A stretch of DNA of 64,000 nt from Acetobacteraceae bacterium (GTDB lineage: Bacteria; Pseudomonadota; Alphaproteobacteria; Acetobacterales; Acetobacteraceae), in assembly GCA_027487385.1 (NCBI GenBank), contig JAIYDS010000015.1, forward strand, positions 282-64,281, written 5' to 3'. Positions within the stretch are counted from its first letter, which is position 1; every line of letters begins with the position of its first letter. Under the pieces are notes generated by a model. The model did no database searches. It had not been told where the DNA came from and was given only the letters and a program-made list of their open reading frames with translations. Below, piece after piece: positions 10,645-20,641 of the stretch. Both the position numbers and the translations under genes were made by a program.

Positions 10645-12110
10645 CGGCCGTCCCAGGCGGCGAAGGCGGGCGGGAAGACCTGGTCCACGGCGCGGCCGGA
10701 CCAGTGATGCGCGGCGAAGCCGCCCCAGACCCGATCAGCCGAGGCGACGGCCTCGCACAGCAGCGCCTCCTGGTTCCAGGGCAGCAGGCGCTTGTCCGCC
10801 ACGCGTGTGATGCCGTCCACCACCACGCGCTCCACCATGTCGCCGGTCGCGGAATAGACCAGCGCCCGGATCGGATCGAGTACGGGTCCGATCGTGAGGT
10901 TGTCGAAATCCACCACCACGATGTCGGCCCGGGCGCCGGGCGCGAGGCGCCCGAGATCGTCCCGCCCCAGGGCGCGGGCGCCGCCCAGCGTGCCGGCGCG
11001 GAAGGCATCGGCCGCCGAGGGATCCTCATGGTTGCGCTCGACCAGCTTGCCCGCCAGCGCCGCCATCCGCATCTCCGAGATGATGTCGGTCGGGAAGGCA
11101 TCGGTGCCGAGGCCGATATTGATGCCCGCGTCGCGGAAGCGCTTCATGCCTTCGAAGGCCACGCCGCGCCGCGCATAGGCGACGGGGCAATGGGCGATAT
11201 GGCTGCCGGCCTCGGCAATGGCCTCCAGATCCCCGGCATAGGGGTAGGCTGCCATGCTGTGTCCGGCGACGTAAAGCGCATGGCCCAGGATGACGTCCGG
11301 GCCCAGGAAGCCTTCCTGCTTCAGCAGCAGCGCCGGCGTCAGCCCGGTCTGGCGCAGCGTCTCGTGGAATTCGTAGAGCTGCTCACAGAAATGGGTCGTG
11401 ATGCGCAGCCCGTGCCGGGTGGCGGCCTCCCGCGTCGCGGCGCGCAGGCGGGGTGTCGAGGCGAAGAACTCGTTCAGCACCAGGATCGGCCGGATGCGCC
11501 CCTCCGCCGCGCCATCATGGCGCGCGGCGAAGGCCAGGGCGCGGTCGAGCCCCGCGAGCCCGGCACCCTCATCCCAGACAAGTCGCGCCTCGCCCTTCGG
11601 CCCAAGCCGGTAATCGGCCCCGGTGAAATTGGGCGCGTAATACATCCGCAACCCGCATTCGGCCGCCAGCGCCGCGCAGGATTCCCCGCCATCCGGGGCA
11701 CCCGCATCCATCTCCAGGATGGTCGTGACGCCCGAGAGCAGATGCGTCGCCATGCAGAAGCGCAGCGCCACCAGAGGGTCGCCCGGGTCGAGGAAGGCGG
11801 GGCCGCCGCCCTCTTTCCGGCCGGCATAGTTGATGAAGCCCGCCCGCATGAAATCCCGCCGCCCGCCATCCAGCACCATGCGGTAGCCCTCATTGAGGCG
11901 GAGATGGGCGTGCAGGCTGATCAGGCCCGGAATCACCAGCTTGCGGCGGCCGGGAATAACCTCGTCGGCCACGATTTCGGAAGCCGGGCCCACGGCCACG
12001 ATGCGGTCGCCGCGATAGGCGACGGCGCCATCGCGGATGATGCGGTGGTCGTGACCGTCGAAGGCGACAACCCATTCGCCTTGCAGGGCGATCGTGCGTG
12101 GCTGGTCCAT
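10641..12110 (-). CDS. amidohydrolase family protein (TRZ/ATZ chlorohydrolase/deaminase-like)
   Basis: PGLISLHAH (HxH), THFCE, GHALY, HCP, GLGTD, GRLAPGARADIV. Confidence 0.85.
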   Translation of the reverse strand: MDQPRTIALQGEWVVAFDGHDHRIIRDGAVAYRGDRIVAVGPASEIVADEVIPGRRKLVIPGLISLHAHLRLNEGYRMVLDGGRRDFMRAGFINYAGRKEGGGPAFLDPGDPLVALRFCMATHLLSGVTTILEMDAGAPDGGESCAALAAECGLRMYYAPNFTGADYRLGPKGEARLVWDEGAGLAGLDRALAFAARHDGAAEGRIRPILVLNEFFASTPRLRAATREAATRHGLRITTHFCEQLYEFHETLRQTGLTPALLLKQEGFLGPDVILGHALYVAGHSMAAYPYAGDLEAIAEAGSHIAHCPVAYARRGVAFEGMKRFRDAGINIGLGTDAFPTDIISEMRMAALAGKLVERNHEDPSAADAFRAGTLGGARALGRDDLGRLAPGARADIVVVDFDNLTIGPVLDPIRALVYSATGDMVERVVVDGITRVADKRLLPWNQEALLCEAVASADRVWGGFAAHHWSGRAVDQVFPPAFAAWDGR

Positions 12111-12113
12111 GTC

Positions 12114-12938
12114 CTAGACTCCCAAACGGCCGGCGAGGCGGGCGGCGCGGCGACGCAATGCCTCAGTGACCAGCATCAGCAGGATCGAGACCGCCATGAG
12201 CACCACGGCGGCGGCGGTGATGGCCGGGCTCACGCTCTCCTGCACGCCGGACCAGAGCTGGCGCGGCAGGGTGCGCTGCTCGGGGGCGGCGAGGAACAGC
12301 GTGACCACCAACTCGTCGAAGGAATTGACGAAGGCCAGGATCGCACCGGAGGCGACGCCGGGCAGGATGAGTGGCAGCGTGACGCGCCGGAAAGCCAGGA
12401 GCGGCGGCGCGCCCAGCATGGCCGCGGCTCGCGGGAGGGAGGCGTCCAGCCCATCCAGCGTCGCCAGCACGGTCACGATCACGAAGGGCGTGGAGAGGAT
12501 GGTATGCGCCAGAATCAACCCGGCATAGCTGCCGCCCAGCCCGAGCCGCGCGAAGAAGTAGAAGGCCGCGACGGCATAGACGATGACCGGCAGCACCAGG
12601 GGCGAGAGCAGCAGGCCGATCAGCGCCGGCCGCCAGCGCGACCGCAGCCCCTGCAGGCCGAAGGCGGCCAGCGTGCCCAGCACCGTCGCCAGCAGCGTCG
12701 TCGGCAGGCCGATGAGCAGCGTGTTCAGCATGGCGCCCGACCAGAGCGGATCGGTCAGCACCTCCTCGTACCAGCGCCAGGACAGGCCGGGCAGCGGGTA
12801 GAGCAGCAGTGAGCCGGCGGTGAGCGAAAGCGGCACGACCACCAGCAACGGGCCCACCAGGAACAGCACGGTCAGCGCGGCCCAGCCTGCCGTCAGGCGC
12901 CGCGCCCATCGCTCCAGCGGGGCGACCGGCCCGCTCAT
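12114..12938 (-). CDS. ABC transporter permease (PotC-like)
   Basis: Six hydrophobic segments, EAA-like loop RAAAMLGA, SFDE; start MSGPVAP overlaps the upstream permease stop. Confidence 0.9.
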   Translation of the reverse strand: MSGPVAPLERWARRLTAGWAALTVLFLVGPLLVVVPLSLTAGSLLLYPLPGLSWRWYEEVLTDPLWSGAMLNTLLIGLPTTLLATVLGTLAAFGLQGLRSRWRPALIGLLLSPLVLPVIVYAVAAFYFFARLGLGGSYAGLILAHTILSTPFVIVTVLATLDGLDASLPRAAAMLGAPPLLAFRRVTLPLILPGVASGAILAFVNSFDELVVTLFLAAPEQRTLPRQLWSGVQESVSPAITAAAVVLMAVSILLMLVTEALRRRAARLAGRLGV

Positions 12939-14155
12939 CCGCGCAGCCTGAGCCGGCGCGGCCCGACGGCGCGCGCCGTGGCGAGATAGGCGAGCGCGAC
13001 GGTGCCGAGCAGCACGAGCGACAAGGCCGAGGCCATGCCCCAGTTCACGGAATCCGCCGTGAAATAGGCGATGAACCAGGCGATCATCTGGTCCCCCGGC
13101 CCGCCGACCAGCTCGGGGGTAATGTAGTAGCCGAGCGCCGAGACGAAAACGAGCGCGGCGCCGGCGATCACGCCCGGGGCCACCTGCGGCAGGTAGATGC
13201 TGCGAAAGACGCGCAGCGGCGCCGCACCCAGGCTCGCCCCCGCACGCAGCGCCTGCCGGTCCAGCCCGCGCATCACGCTGTACATGGGCAGCACGGCGAG
13301 CGGCAGCAGCACATGGGTCATCGCGATGAGCACACCCAGCCGGTTGTAGAGCAGCGCCAGCGGCTCGCCGACCAGGCCGAGCCACATCAGCCCCTGGTTC
13401 ACCAACCCTTGCTGCTGCAACAGGATGATCCAGGCGGTGCTGCGCACCAGGAGCGACGTCCAGAAGGGCAGCAGCACCAGCACGAGAAGCCAGGAACCCA
13501 GGCGCGGCCCGGCGCGCGCCATCACCACCGCCAGCGGGAAGGCGATGACGACGCAGAGCAGGGTCACGGCGGCGCAGATCCCCAAGGTGCGCGCCAGCAG
13601 ATCGAGAAAGATCGCGCGGTCCGGAGGCGCGGCCCGAATGCGCCCGACCTCGCCGCGCTCGCGATCCACGGCGGCCAGCAGGTAGGCGGGCGTCAGCCAG
13701 CCGCTTTCGTTGCGCAGGATCGTCCAGACCGCGGGGTCGGCCCAGCGCTGGTCCAAGGCGATGAAAGTCGTCCGCCAATCTTCCCGGGGCTCGGCCGGCA
13801 ATCGCGCGGCGGCCCGCACCACGAGGCTGCGCAACCCGCTCATATGCGCGTTCAGCTGGCGGCCGAGGGTAGCCGCCGCGATCGGATCCGGCAGGGCGCG
13901 CAGATCGGCGGCCAGCGCCGCGAAGGCGCCCTCCCCCGGCAGGCCCGCGCCGTCCCAGACGGCCATCTCCGCGGCGGTGCGCGGGAGGGCCGCATGGACC
14001 TCGCGATTGTCGACCGCGCGGAGCAGGAACGCCGCGATCGGCAGCAGGAAGAAGAGCAGAGTAAAGAGCAGCGCAGGCGCCAGCAGCGCCAGGCTGCGCC
14101 TGCGTCGGCTGCGCTCATCGCGCGCAAAGGCGCGGGCGAGCGCGGGCTGGATCAT
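12935..14155 (-). CDS. ABC transporter permease (PotB-like, with large periplasmic insert)
   Basis: LLPFWTSLLVR, RAGASLGA, GYYITPELVGG. Confidence 0.9.
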   Translation of the reverse strand: MIQPALARAFARDERSRRRRSLALLAPALLFTLLFFLLPIAAFLLRAVDNREVHAALPRTAAEMAVWDGAGLPGEGAFAALAADLRALPDPIAAATLGRQLNAHMSGLRSLVVRAAARLPAEPREDWRTTFIALDQRWADPAVWTILRNESGWLTPAYLLAAVDRERGEVGRIRAAPPDRAIFLDLLARTLGICAAVTLLCVVIAFPLAVVMARAGPRLGSWLLVLVLLPFWTSLLVRSTAWIILLQQQGLVNQGLMWLGLVGEPLALLYNRLGVLIAMTHVLLPLAVLPMYSVMRGLDRQALRAGASLGAAPLRVFRSIYLPQVAPGVIAGAALVFVSALGYYITPELVGGPGDQMIAWFIAYFTADSVNWGMASALSLVLLGTVALAYLATARAVGPRRLRLRG

Positions 14156-15213
14156 CCGGCCGCCCAGCGCGCCAGCCGCTGCGTCAGCCCATCGAGATTG
14201 TCGAGCCAGAAGCGCTGGTAGCGCTCCCCCTGTTGCAGATAGGCCAGATGCATCAGGTTCTCCGGCGGCAGCATGGCCCGGAAGCGGTCATCGAGCAGCG
14301 GCAGCGCGGCGGCATTGGGCGGGCCGTATTGCATCTGCCGGGCGAAGGCCGCCAGCGGCGCGGCCGAGGCCGCATGGGTGATGAATTCGATCGCGAGATC
14401 CCGGTTGCGGCTGCCGCGCATGATCGCGAGATACTGATTGCCCAGCACGAAGCCGGCCTCGAAGGCGATGCGCAGATTCCGCCGGTCCTGCTGGTTGGCG
14501 ACGGCGATGCGCCCGTTCCAGGCATAGACCATGCTGACCTCGCCACTCGCGAGGATCTGCACCGATTCCGCGCCGGCGCGCCACCAGTGGATATGCGGCT
14601 TCAACTCATCCAGCTTGCGAAAGGCGCGGTCAACGCCGCCCGGCGCGCTCATCACGTCCAGCACCTCGCGCGGGGGGACGCCATCGGCCATCAGCGCGAT
14701 CTCGACCATGCTCGGCCGGAAGAGCAGGCCGCGGCGCCCCGGCCAGCGGCGCACATTCCAGAAATCCGCCCAGCTGCGCGGCGGATCACTGCCCAGCTTG
14801 TCGGCATCATAAGCCAGCCCGCCCACCACGCTCATGATCGGCACCGCGCAATCGGTCACCCCACCCGCCGCGGCGAAGGGCTGGATGTCGAAATGCCGGG
14901 ACCAGTCCACGCGTTCCAGCAGGCCTTCGTCGCAGCCCACGGCCATGTTGTTGAAGGTGATCTCCACGACGTCCCAGCGGATCTGCCGGGTCTCGACCTG
15001 CGTGCGCAGGCGGGCGAATTCCTGGCTCCAGCTGTCCTCGACGATGCGCACGCCGCGTTCCCGCGCGAAGGGCTCGTACCAGGCGCGGCGCGAGGCCTCG
15101 GCCACTGCGCCGCCATTGTTCACGATGGTCAGGCTGCGCTGCTGCGCGCCGGCCGGCGTTGCGAGCAGGACCGGTGCGGCGAGCAGGCTGCGGCGACCGT
15201 GGCGGATGGGCAT
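14152..15213 (-). CDS. ABC transporter substrate-binding protein (PotD/PotF family)
   Basis: RR-type signal, SWADFWNVRRWPGRR, EIALMADGV, AWNGR. Confidence 0.88.
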   Translation of the reverse strand: MPIRHGRRSLLAAPVLLATPAGAQQRSLTIVNNGGAVAEASRRAWYEPFARERGVRIVEDSWSQEFARLRTQVETRQIRWDVVEITFNNMAVGCDEGLLERVDWSRHFDIQPFAAAGGVTDCAVPIMSVVGGLAYDADKLGSDPPRSWADFWNVRRWPGRRGLLFRPSMVEIALMADGVPPREVLDVMSAPGGVDRAFRKLDELKPHIHWWRAGAESVQILASGEVSMVYAWNGRIAVANQQDRRNLRIAFEAGFVLGNQYLAIMRGSRNRDLAIEFITHAASAAPLAAFARQMQYGPPNAAALPLLDDRFRAMLPPENLMHLAYLQQGERYQRFWLDNLDGLTQRLARWAAG

Positions 15214-15267
15214 GGCAGGCTCCTGGATCAGGGTTCAGATGGCGTGGATTGCGGGATGGCGGCCGCC

Positions 15268-16224
15268 TTATTCCGGCCGGATCCCGGCGCGCTGCGCGAC
15301 ATCGGCCCAGAGCGCCTGCTCGGCGGCGATATGCGCCGCGAACTGCGCCCGGGTCGAGCCGACCGGAATCGCGCCGAGCTCCGTGATGCGCTGGTTGACC
15401 GTGGGCGTGCGGACGATCTCCTGGATGGCCTCGCTCATGCGTTCGGCGATGGCGTCCGGCACGCCGACGGGGGCAATGACGCCGACCCAGTTCGTGGCGT
15501 CGAAATCGGGCACGCCCGCCTCGCGCATCGTCGGCACATTCTCGAGGCCCGGGACACGTGCGGGCGCGGAGACCGCCAGCGCGCGCACGTCACCCGAACG
15601 GATCTGCCCGATGATTCCCGGCATCAGGTCGAACATGAAATGGACATCGCCCCGCAGCAGATCATTCAAGGCGGGCGGCGTGCCGGGATAGAGGATGTTC
15701 TCGAAGCGCACATTTGCGCGGATCTGCAGCAGGTTCTGCACGAAGGTCGGGCCGGTGCCGGTCGATCCGTGGTTCAGCCGCCCCTCGCGCTGCCGCGCCA
15801 GCGCGATCAGCTCCTGCACATTGGTCACCGGCAGGTTGCGATTCACGATGAGCCCATAGGGCAGCCCGCCCACCAGCGAGATGGGCATGAAGTCGGAGGG
15901 GCGATAGTTCATCTCGCGGAAGACGAGCGGGTTCAGGGCCATGATCCCGGGCGTGCCCATCAGAAAGGTGTGGCCATCCGGCGCCTGGCGCGCGACATGT
16001 GCCGCCGCCACGCGCGCCGAGCCGCCGGGCCGGTTCTCCACCACGAAGGGGTGGTTGAAGCGGCGCTGCAGGCCCTCGGCCATCAGCCGCATCATCAGGT
16101 CATTCGCCCCGCCGGGGGCGAAGGCCACGACCATCGCGACCGGGCGTGACGGCCAGGTGCCTTGGGCGAGCGCGGGGGTTGCGAGAAGGGCACCACCCGA
16201 GGCGAGCAGGTTACGTCGCAGCAT
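15268..16224 (-). CDS. Bug/TctC tripartite tricarboxylate transporter substrate-binding protein
   Basis: WPSRPVAMVVAFAPGGAND, VENRPGG, PDGHT, VPTMREAG. Confidence 0.92.
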   Translation of the reverse strand: MLRRNLLASGGALLATPALAQGTWPSRPVAMVVAFAPGGANDLMMRLMAEGLQRRFNHPFVVENRPGGSARVAAAHVARQAPDGHTFLMGTPGIMALNPLVFREMNYRPSDFMPISLVGGLPYGLIVNRNLPVTNVQELIALARQREGRLNHGSTGTGPTFVQNLLQIRANVRFENILYPGTPPALNDLLRGDVHFMFDLMPGIIGQIRSGDVRALAVSAPARVPGLENVPTMREAGVPDFDATNWVGVIAPVGVPDAIAERMSEAIQEIVRTPTVNQRITELGAIPVGSTRAQFAAHIAAEQALWADVAQRAGIRPE

Positions 16225-18599
16225 CACGCGAACTCCTTGGTTGCGGACTGGGATTTGGCCGCGGAAGCGCAGCAAAGCGCGTGCCAGATGGTTTGCGCCG
16301 TCAACGGCATGTGCAGCGCGGGCTGCGCACCGATGGCATGGGCCACGGCATTCACCAGCGCCGCCGGCGCCCCCACGGCGCCGCCCTCGCCGACACCCTT
16401 GGCACCGAGGGGATTGGCCGCCGTCGGCACGCCGCGCGACAGCGTGGCGATGTCCGGCAGGTCCAGGGCCCGGGGCAGGGCGTAATCCTGGAAGCTGCCG
16501 GTCAGAACCTGGCCGTACGGGTCGAAGACGATGCGTTCCATCAGCGCTTCGCCCAGCCCCTGCGCCACGCCGCCGCGGGTCTGGCCATGGGCGAGCATCG
16601 GGTTGATCAGCCGCCCCGCATCATCCGCGACGAGATAGGCCAGGATGCGCACCTCCCCCGTCTCGGGGTCGACCTCCACCTCGCAGACATGGGCGCTGTT
16701 GGGGAAGGTCGGACCGGCGGGCGCGCGGGTGATGGCGGCGCTGAGGCCCGGCTCCGTGCCAGGCGTCGGCCGCATGCGCGCCGCAAGCTCGACGAGGGAC
16801 ATGCCCCGATCCGTGCCGGCGACCTGGAAGCGGCCGGCGGCGAATTCGAGATCCGCGGGCGCCACCTCCAGCGCCCGGGCCGCCTCGGCCTGTGCCTGGT
16901 CGCGGATGGCATGCAGGGCGCCGAGCAGGGCGGAGCCGCCCGTCGAGATGGAGCGGGAGCCGAAGGTGCCCCGCCCATGCGCAACGGCGCTGGTATCGCC
17001 CTGGATGAAGCCGATGGCGTCGGGCGCGATGCCCAGCACCTCGGCCGCGATCTGCCGGAACGCCGTCTCATGACCCTGCCCATGCGAATGCGTGCCGACG
17101 CGCAGGGCGAGGCGGCCGGACGCATCCAGGCTCACCGCCGCGTGCTCCTCCAAGGGGGCCTCGAGGGGGCCGCCGGCGATTTCGATCGCGAAGGCGAAGC
17201 CGATGCCGCGCCGCTTGCCCCGCGCGGCGCTCGCGGCCCGGCGGGAGGCGAACCCCTCCCAATCCGCCGCGGCCAGGGCTGTGCGGGTCAGGCCGGGAAA
17301 ATCGCCGCTGTCATAGGTGTACACCAGGCCGGTGCGGAACGGCATCGCCTCGGGCGGCGCCATGTTGCGCAGGCGGAGCGCGATGCGATCCAGGCCCAGC
17401 GCATCGGCCGCCATGTCCACCAACCGCTCCATCACGAAGGTGGCTTCCGGCCGGCCCGCCCCACGATAGGGCGCCACGGGCGGCGCGTTGGTGAAGACGC
17501 CGATGGCCTCCACATGGAGGGCGGGTGTGCGATAGGGGCCGGCAAGGCCGCCCAGGTTGTTCGTCGCCTGATGCGTTCCCGCATAGGCCAGGCTGGCGCC
17601 GAGGGCCGCGAAGGACCGGGCGCGGAGCGCGAGGAAGCGGCCCTCGGCATCAAGGCCGAGTTCGGCCTCCCAGGCGTTGTCGCGCGCCTGGTGGTCGGCC
17701 AGGAAGGCTTCGCTGCGCGTGGCCCGCCAGCGCACCCGCCGGCCGGTCTCCCGCGCGGCCCAGAGGGCGAGGCCGTATTCCGGAAAATCTCCGCCCTTCA
17801 GGCCGAAGGCACCGCCCACATCGGGCGAGACGACACGGAGACGTTCCGCGGGGATCCGCAGGATGCGCTGCGCGATCTCCTGGCGCAGCGTGTGCGGCGT
17901 CTGCGCGCCGACGATCAGGGTGTAGCTGTGGGTCGCGGGGTCGTGCTCGGCGATGCAGGCGCGCGCCTCCATCGCGCAGCCGGCCAGTCGCGGGATGGTG
18001 AATCGCCCGCGAACGACATGCGTGGCGGAGGCCAGCCCGCGCGCCGTGGCCGCTGCATCCCCGGCACGAAAGACAAAGGCGCGGTTGTCCGGCTGCTCGT
18101 CCCAGAGGGATGGCGCGCCGGGTGAAGCGGCCAGCGCCGGATCGGTGACGGCGGACAGCGCCCGGTACTCGATGACGACATGATCCGCCGCATCACGCGC
18201 CTCCGACTCGCTGGTGGCGACGATCGCAGCCACGGCCTCGCCCACATGGCGCACGCGCTCCCGTGCCAACAGGTGGCGCGGCGGCTCGAACATGGGGGTG
18301 CCATCGGCACGCTCGCGACGGATGCGGTTGGAGAAGGTGCCGAACCCCGCCGCTGCCTCAGCCTCACCGGTCAGCACCGCGAGGACGCCCGGCATGGACG
18401 CCGCCGCCGCGGTGTCGCTCGCGACGATGACGGCATGCGGATGGGGCGACCGCAGGATGACCAGGAAGGCGTCATCCGGCCGCCCGTGGTCGTCCACGTA
18501 GCGGCCCGCACCCGTCAGGAAGCGCGCATCCTCGATCCGACGGGGGCTGCCGCCGATGCGCCAGCCCCGGCCTTCCTCAGGCGCGGGCAAGGTAGTCAT
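16224..18599 (-). CDS. xanthine dehydrogenase family molybdopterin-binding large subunit (CoxL form II-like)
   Basis: RIEDARFLTGAGRYVDD, DVGGAFG, PYRGAGRPEA, GQGHET, GGVAQGLG, AKGVGE. Confidence 0.92.
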   Translation of the reverse strand: MTTLPAPEEGRGWRIGGSPRRIEDARFLTGAGRYVDDHGRPDDAFLVILRSPHPHAVIVASDTAAAASMPGVLAVLTGEAEAAAGFGTFSNRIRRERADGTPMFEPPRHLLARERVRHVGEAVAAIVATSESEARDAADHVVIEYRALSAVTDPALAASPGAPSLWDEQPDNRAFVFRAGDAAATARGLASATHVVRGRFTIPRLAGCAMEARACIAEHDPATHSYTLIVGAQTPHTLRQEIAQRILRIPAERLRVVSPDVGGAFGLKGGDFPEYGLALWAARETGRRVRWRATRSEAFLADHQARDNAWEAELGLDAEGRFLALRARSFAALGASLAYAGTHQATNNLGGLAGPYRTPALHVEAIGVFTNAPPVAPYRGAGRPEATFVMERLVDMAADALGLDRIALRLRNMAPPEAMPFRTGLVYTYDSGDFPGLTRTALAAADWEGFASRRAASAARGKRRGIGFAFAIEIAGGPLEAPLEEHAAVSLDASGRLALRVGTHSHGQGHETAFRQIAAEVLGIAPDAIGFIQGDTSAVAHGRGTFGSRSISTGGSALLGALHAIRDQAQAEAARALEVAPADLEFAAGRFQVAGTDRGMSLVELAARMRPTPGTEPGLSAAITRAPAGPTFPNSAHVCEVEVDPETGEVRILAYLVADDAGRLINPMLAHGQTRGGVAQGLGEALMERIVFDPYGQVLTGSFQDYALPRALDLPDIATLSRGVPTAANPLGAKGVGEGGAVGAPAALVNAVAHAIGAQPALHMPLTAQTIWHALCCASAAKSQSATKEFA

Positions 18600-19818
18600 A
18601 GGCGGAGAGGGTGTGGCACTTCACCACATGGAGGAACTCCTCCACCGAGACGTATTCGTCCACGCTGCCCATGCCGTTGGGCGAGGGGCCATAGACCACC
18701 CCCGGCACGCCGGCCAGGCGCCAGAGCCGCGCATCCGTGCCCCCCGGGGAGACGACACGCGCCGGCACGATGCCCGAGACGAGCTTCGCATTGTCACGGA
18801 CGATATCCATCATCGGGTGGTAGGGCTGGCACCAGTTGGGCCGGGTGGAGACGATCGTCTCCATGGTCGCCTCCGGGTAGCGCCGCAGGATCTCCTCGAT
18901 GCGGGCCACGATCTCCTCCTGGCGGATGCCATTGGGGATACGGAAATCGGCGGTGAACTCGGCGCTCGCAGCGATCATGTTCACCTTCACGCCGCCCTGG
19001 ATGGTGCCAATGTTCAGCGTCATGGAGCGGATGACGCGGGCCGCGCCCTCGCCATAGGCGCGCTCCATCGCGTCATGCGATTCCTCCAGCGCGCGGATGA
19101 ACTCCTCCGGCTCCTCGGGCTGCAGGGCGGTGAGCGTCTGCAGCTCCTCGATCAGACGCATGGCGACGCGGATGCTGTTCGGGCTGCGATGAACGAAGGC
19201 ACCGTGCCCGCCCGGCGTGCCAAGGCGGAAGCGGAGCCAGACGAGCCCCTTCTCGCCGAAGCGGACGGTCCAGGGGCTGGAGGGCTCGCCATTCAGGCAG
19301 CAATCGCCCAGCACCTCCTCGGCATGGTGCTCCATGAGGTAGCGCGCACCCCAGGGGCCGAAGGTCTCCTCATCGGAGACGACGGTGAGCGTGAGGCGCC
19401 CGCGCAGCGAGTCCTGCACCGCCTGGAGATAGTGATAGGCGAAGATCGAAGCGGTGGTGCCGCATTTCATGTCGCAGGCGCCGCGGCCATAGATGCGGCC
19501 ATCCACCAGCTCGGCGCCGAAGGGATCATGCGTCCAGCGCTCGGGCGCCTCCACGGGAAACACATCGATATGGCCGTTCAGCACGAGATGCGGACCCTCG
19601 GTGCCGAATTGCCGGGTGGCGATGAAGTTCGGCATCTCCGGCATGGGCGCCACGGTCTTGAAGGCCAGGCCCTCGGCTTCCAGGAAGGCGCGCACATAAG
19701 CGGCGCCTGCCGTGGTGTCGCCCGGCGGATTCAGATCGCGGCAACGGATGAAACCCCGCAGGAATTCGATGAGCCGGTCCTGGTCGTGCTCGATGCGGGC
19801 CAGTAGCTGCTGCTTCAT
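18577..19818 (-). CDS. M20 family metallo-hydrolase (ArgE/DapE-like)
   Basis: LNGHIDV, GRGACDMK, SDEE, NGEP, GGTDAR. Confidence 0.9.
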   Translation of the reverse strand: MKQQLLARIEHDQDRLIEFLRGFIRCRDLNPPGDTTAGAAYVRAFLEAEGLAFKTVAPMPEMPNFIATRQFGTEGPHLVLNGHIDVFPVEAPERWTHDPFGAELVDGRIYGRGACDMKCGTTASIFAYHYLQAVQDSLRGRLTLTVVSDEETFGPWGARYLMEHHAEEVLGDCCLNGEPSSPWTVRFGEKGLVWLRFRLGTPGGHGAFVHRSPNSIRVAMRLIEELQTLTALQPEEPEEFIRALEESHDAMERAYGEGAARVIRSMTLNIGTIQGGVKVNMIAASAEFTADFRIPNGIRQEEIVARIEEILRRYPEATMETIVSTRPNWCQPYHPMMDIVRDNAKLVSGIVPARVVSPGGTDARLWRLAGVPGVVYGPSPNGMGSVDEYVSVEEFLHVVKCHTLSAYDYLARA

Positions 19819-19872
19819 GGGGTGCGATCCTCGCCAGCCGGCTTGACGACGTGTGGCGTTGACGTTAGCAAA

Positions 19873-19889
19873 TTGTATCCAGTTTACAA
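19873..19889. promoter_or_regulatory. putative GntR-family operator
   Basis: AT-rich inverted repeat TTGTA-N7-TACAA in the divergent intergenic region between the M20 gene and gntR. Confidence 0.5.
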
Positions 19890-19945
19890 GCGCCGCTTTA
19901 AGCAGGGCTTCGCCGAAGCTGGATAAGGACTTCCGGAGGAATATC

Positions 19946-20641
19946 ATGGCAAGCACGGCCGAACGCCGCCTGCCGTCCGTCACGCCACCGGCCAACCTGC
20001 CGGACCTGGCCTATGCCGCCCTGCGCGAGGCCATCGTGCGCGGCCGCCTCGATTTCGGGCAGCCGCTCCGTCAGGAGGAACTGGCGGCCGAACTGGGCAT
20101 CAGCCGATTGCCCCTGCGCGAGGCGCTGTGCCGGCTGGAGGCGGAGGGCCTCGTCATCATGCGCCCCAGGCGCGGCTATATCGTTGCGGATTTCAGCCGT
20201 GCCGAGATCGAGGAGGTCTTCTCCGTCCGTGCCCTGCTGGAGGCCGAGGCAGGCCGGCGTGCGACGGAGCGCCGCACCCCCGCCGATGCCCGCCAGTTGA
20301 AGGCCCTGCTCCGCACCCTCGAGCAGGCGGGCGCGACCAGGCCTCTGGACACCGAGGCGTTCGCGCGCGCGAACACGGCGTTCCACGACCATTTCATCGA
20401 GCATGGCGGAGGGCCGCTGATCACGCGCATGCTTCGCGTGCTGCGTGCCTCGGCCGAGCGCTACACCCGCCTCTCGGTCAGCCTGGCGAGCGAGATCGCC
20501 CATTCGCAGGGCGAACACCGCGCCATCGCGCGCGCCTATGCCGCTGGTGACGCCGAGGGTGTCGGCCAATTGCTCGGCCAGCATTGCCGCAACACGGGGC
20601 AGCGGTTGCTCGCCCATCTGCCGGAAGGGCGCTCGCCATGA
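19946..20641 (+). CDS. GntR family transcriptional regulator (FCD domain)
   Basis: LRQEELAAELGISRLPLREAL wHTH; NTAFH and EHRAI FCD motifs; GGAGG RBS upstream. Confidence 0.92.
   Translation: MASTAERRLPSVTPPANLPDLAYAALREAIVRGRLDFGQPLRQEELAAELGISRLPLREALCRLEAEGLVIMRPRRGYIVADFSRAEIEEVFSVRALLEAEAGRRATERRTPADARQLKALLRTLEQAGATRPLDTEAFARANTAFHDHFIEHGGGPLITRMLRVLRASAERYTRLSVSLASEIAHSQGEHRAIARAYAAGDAEGVGQLLGQHCRNTGQRLLAHLPEGRSP

Noticed and set aside
10641-12110. Atrazine-degradation genes (atzA/trzN, and atzC for 22173..23369)
   Set aside because: Only family-level motifs are visible; specific orthology cannot be supported without alignment.
16224-18599. Aerobic CO dehydrogenase (coxL form I)
   Set aside because: It lacks the AYxCSFR motif and the coxMS and accessory genes.
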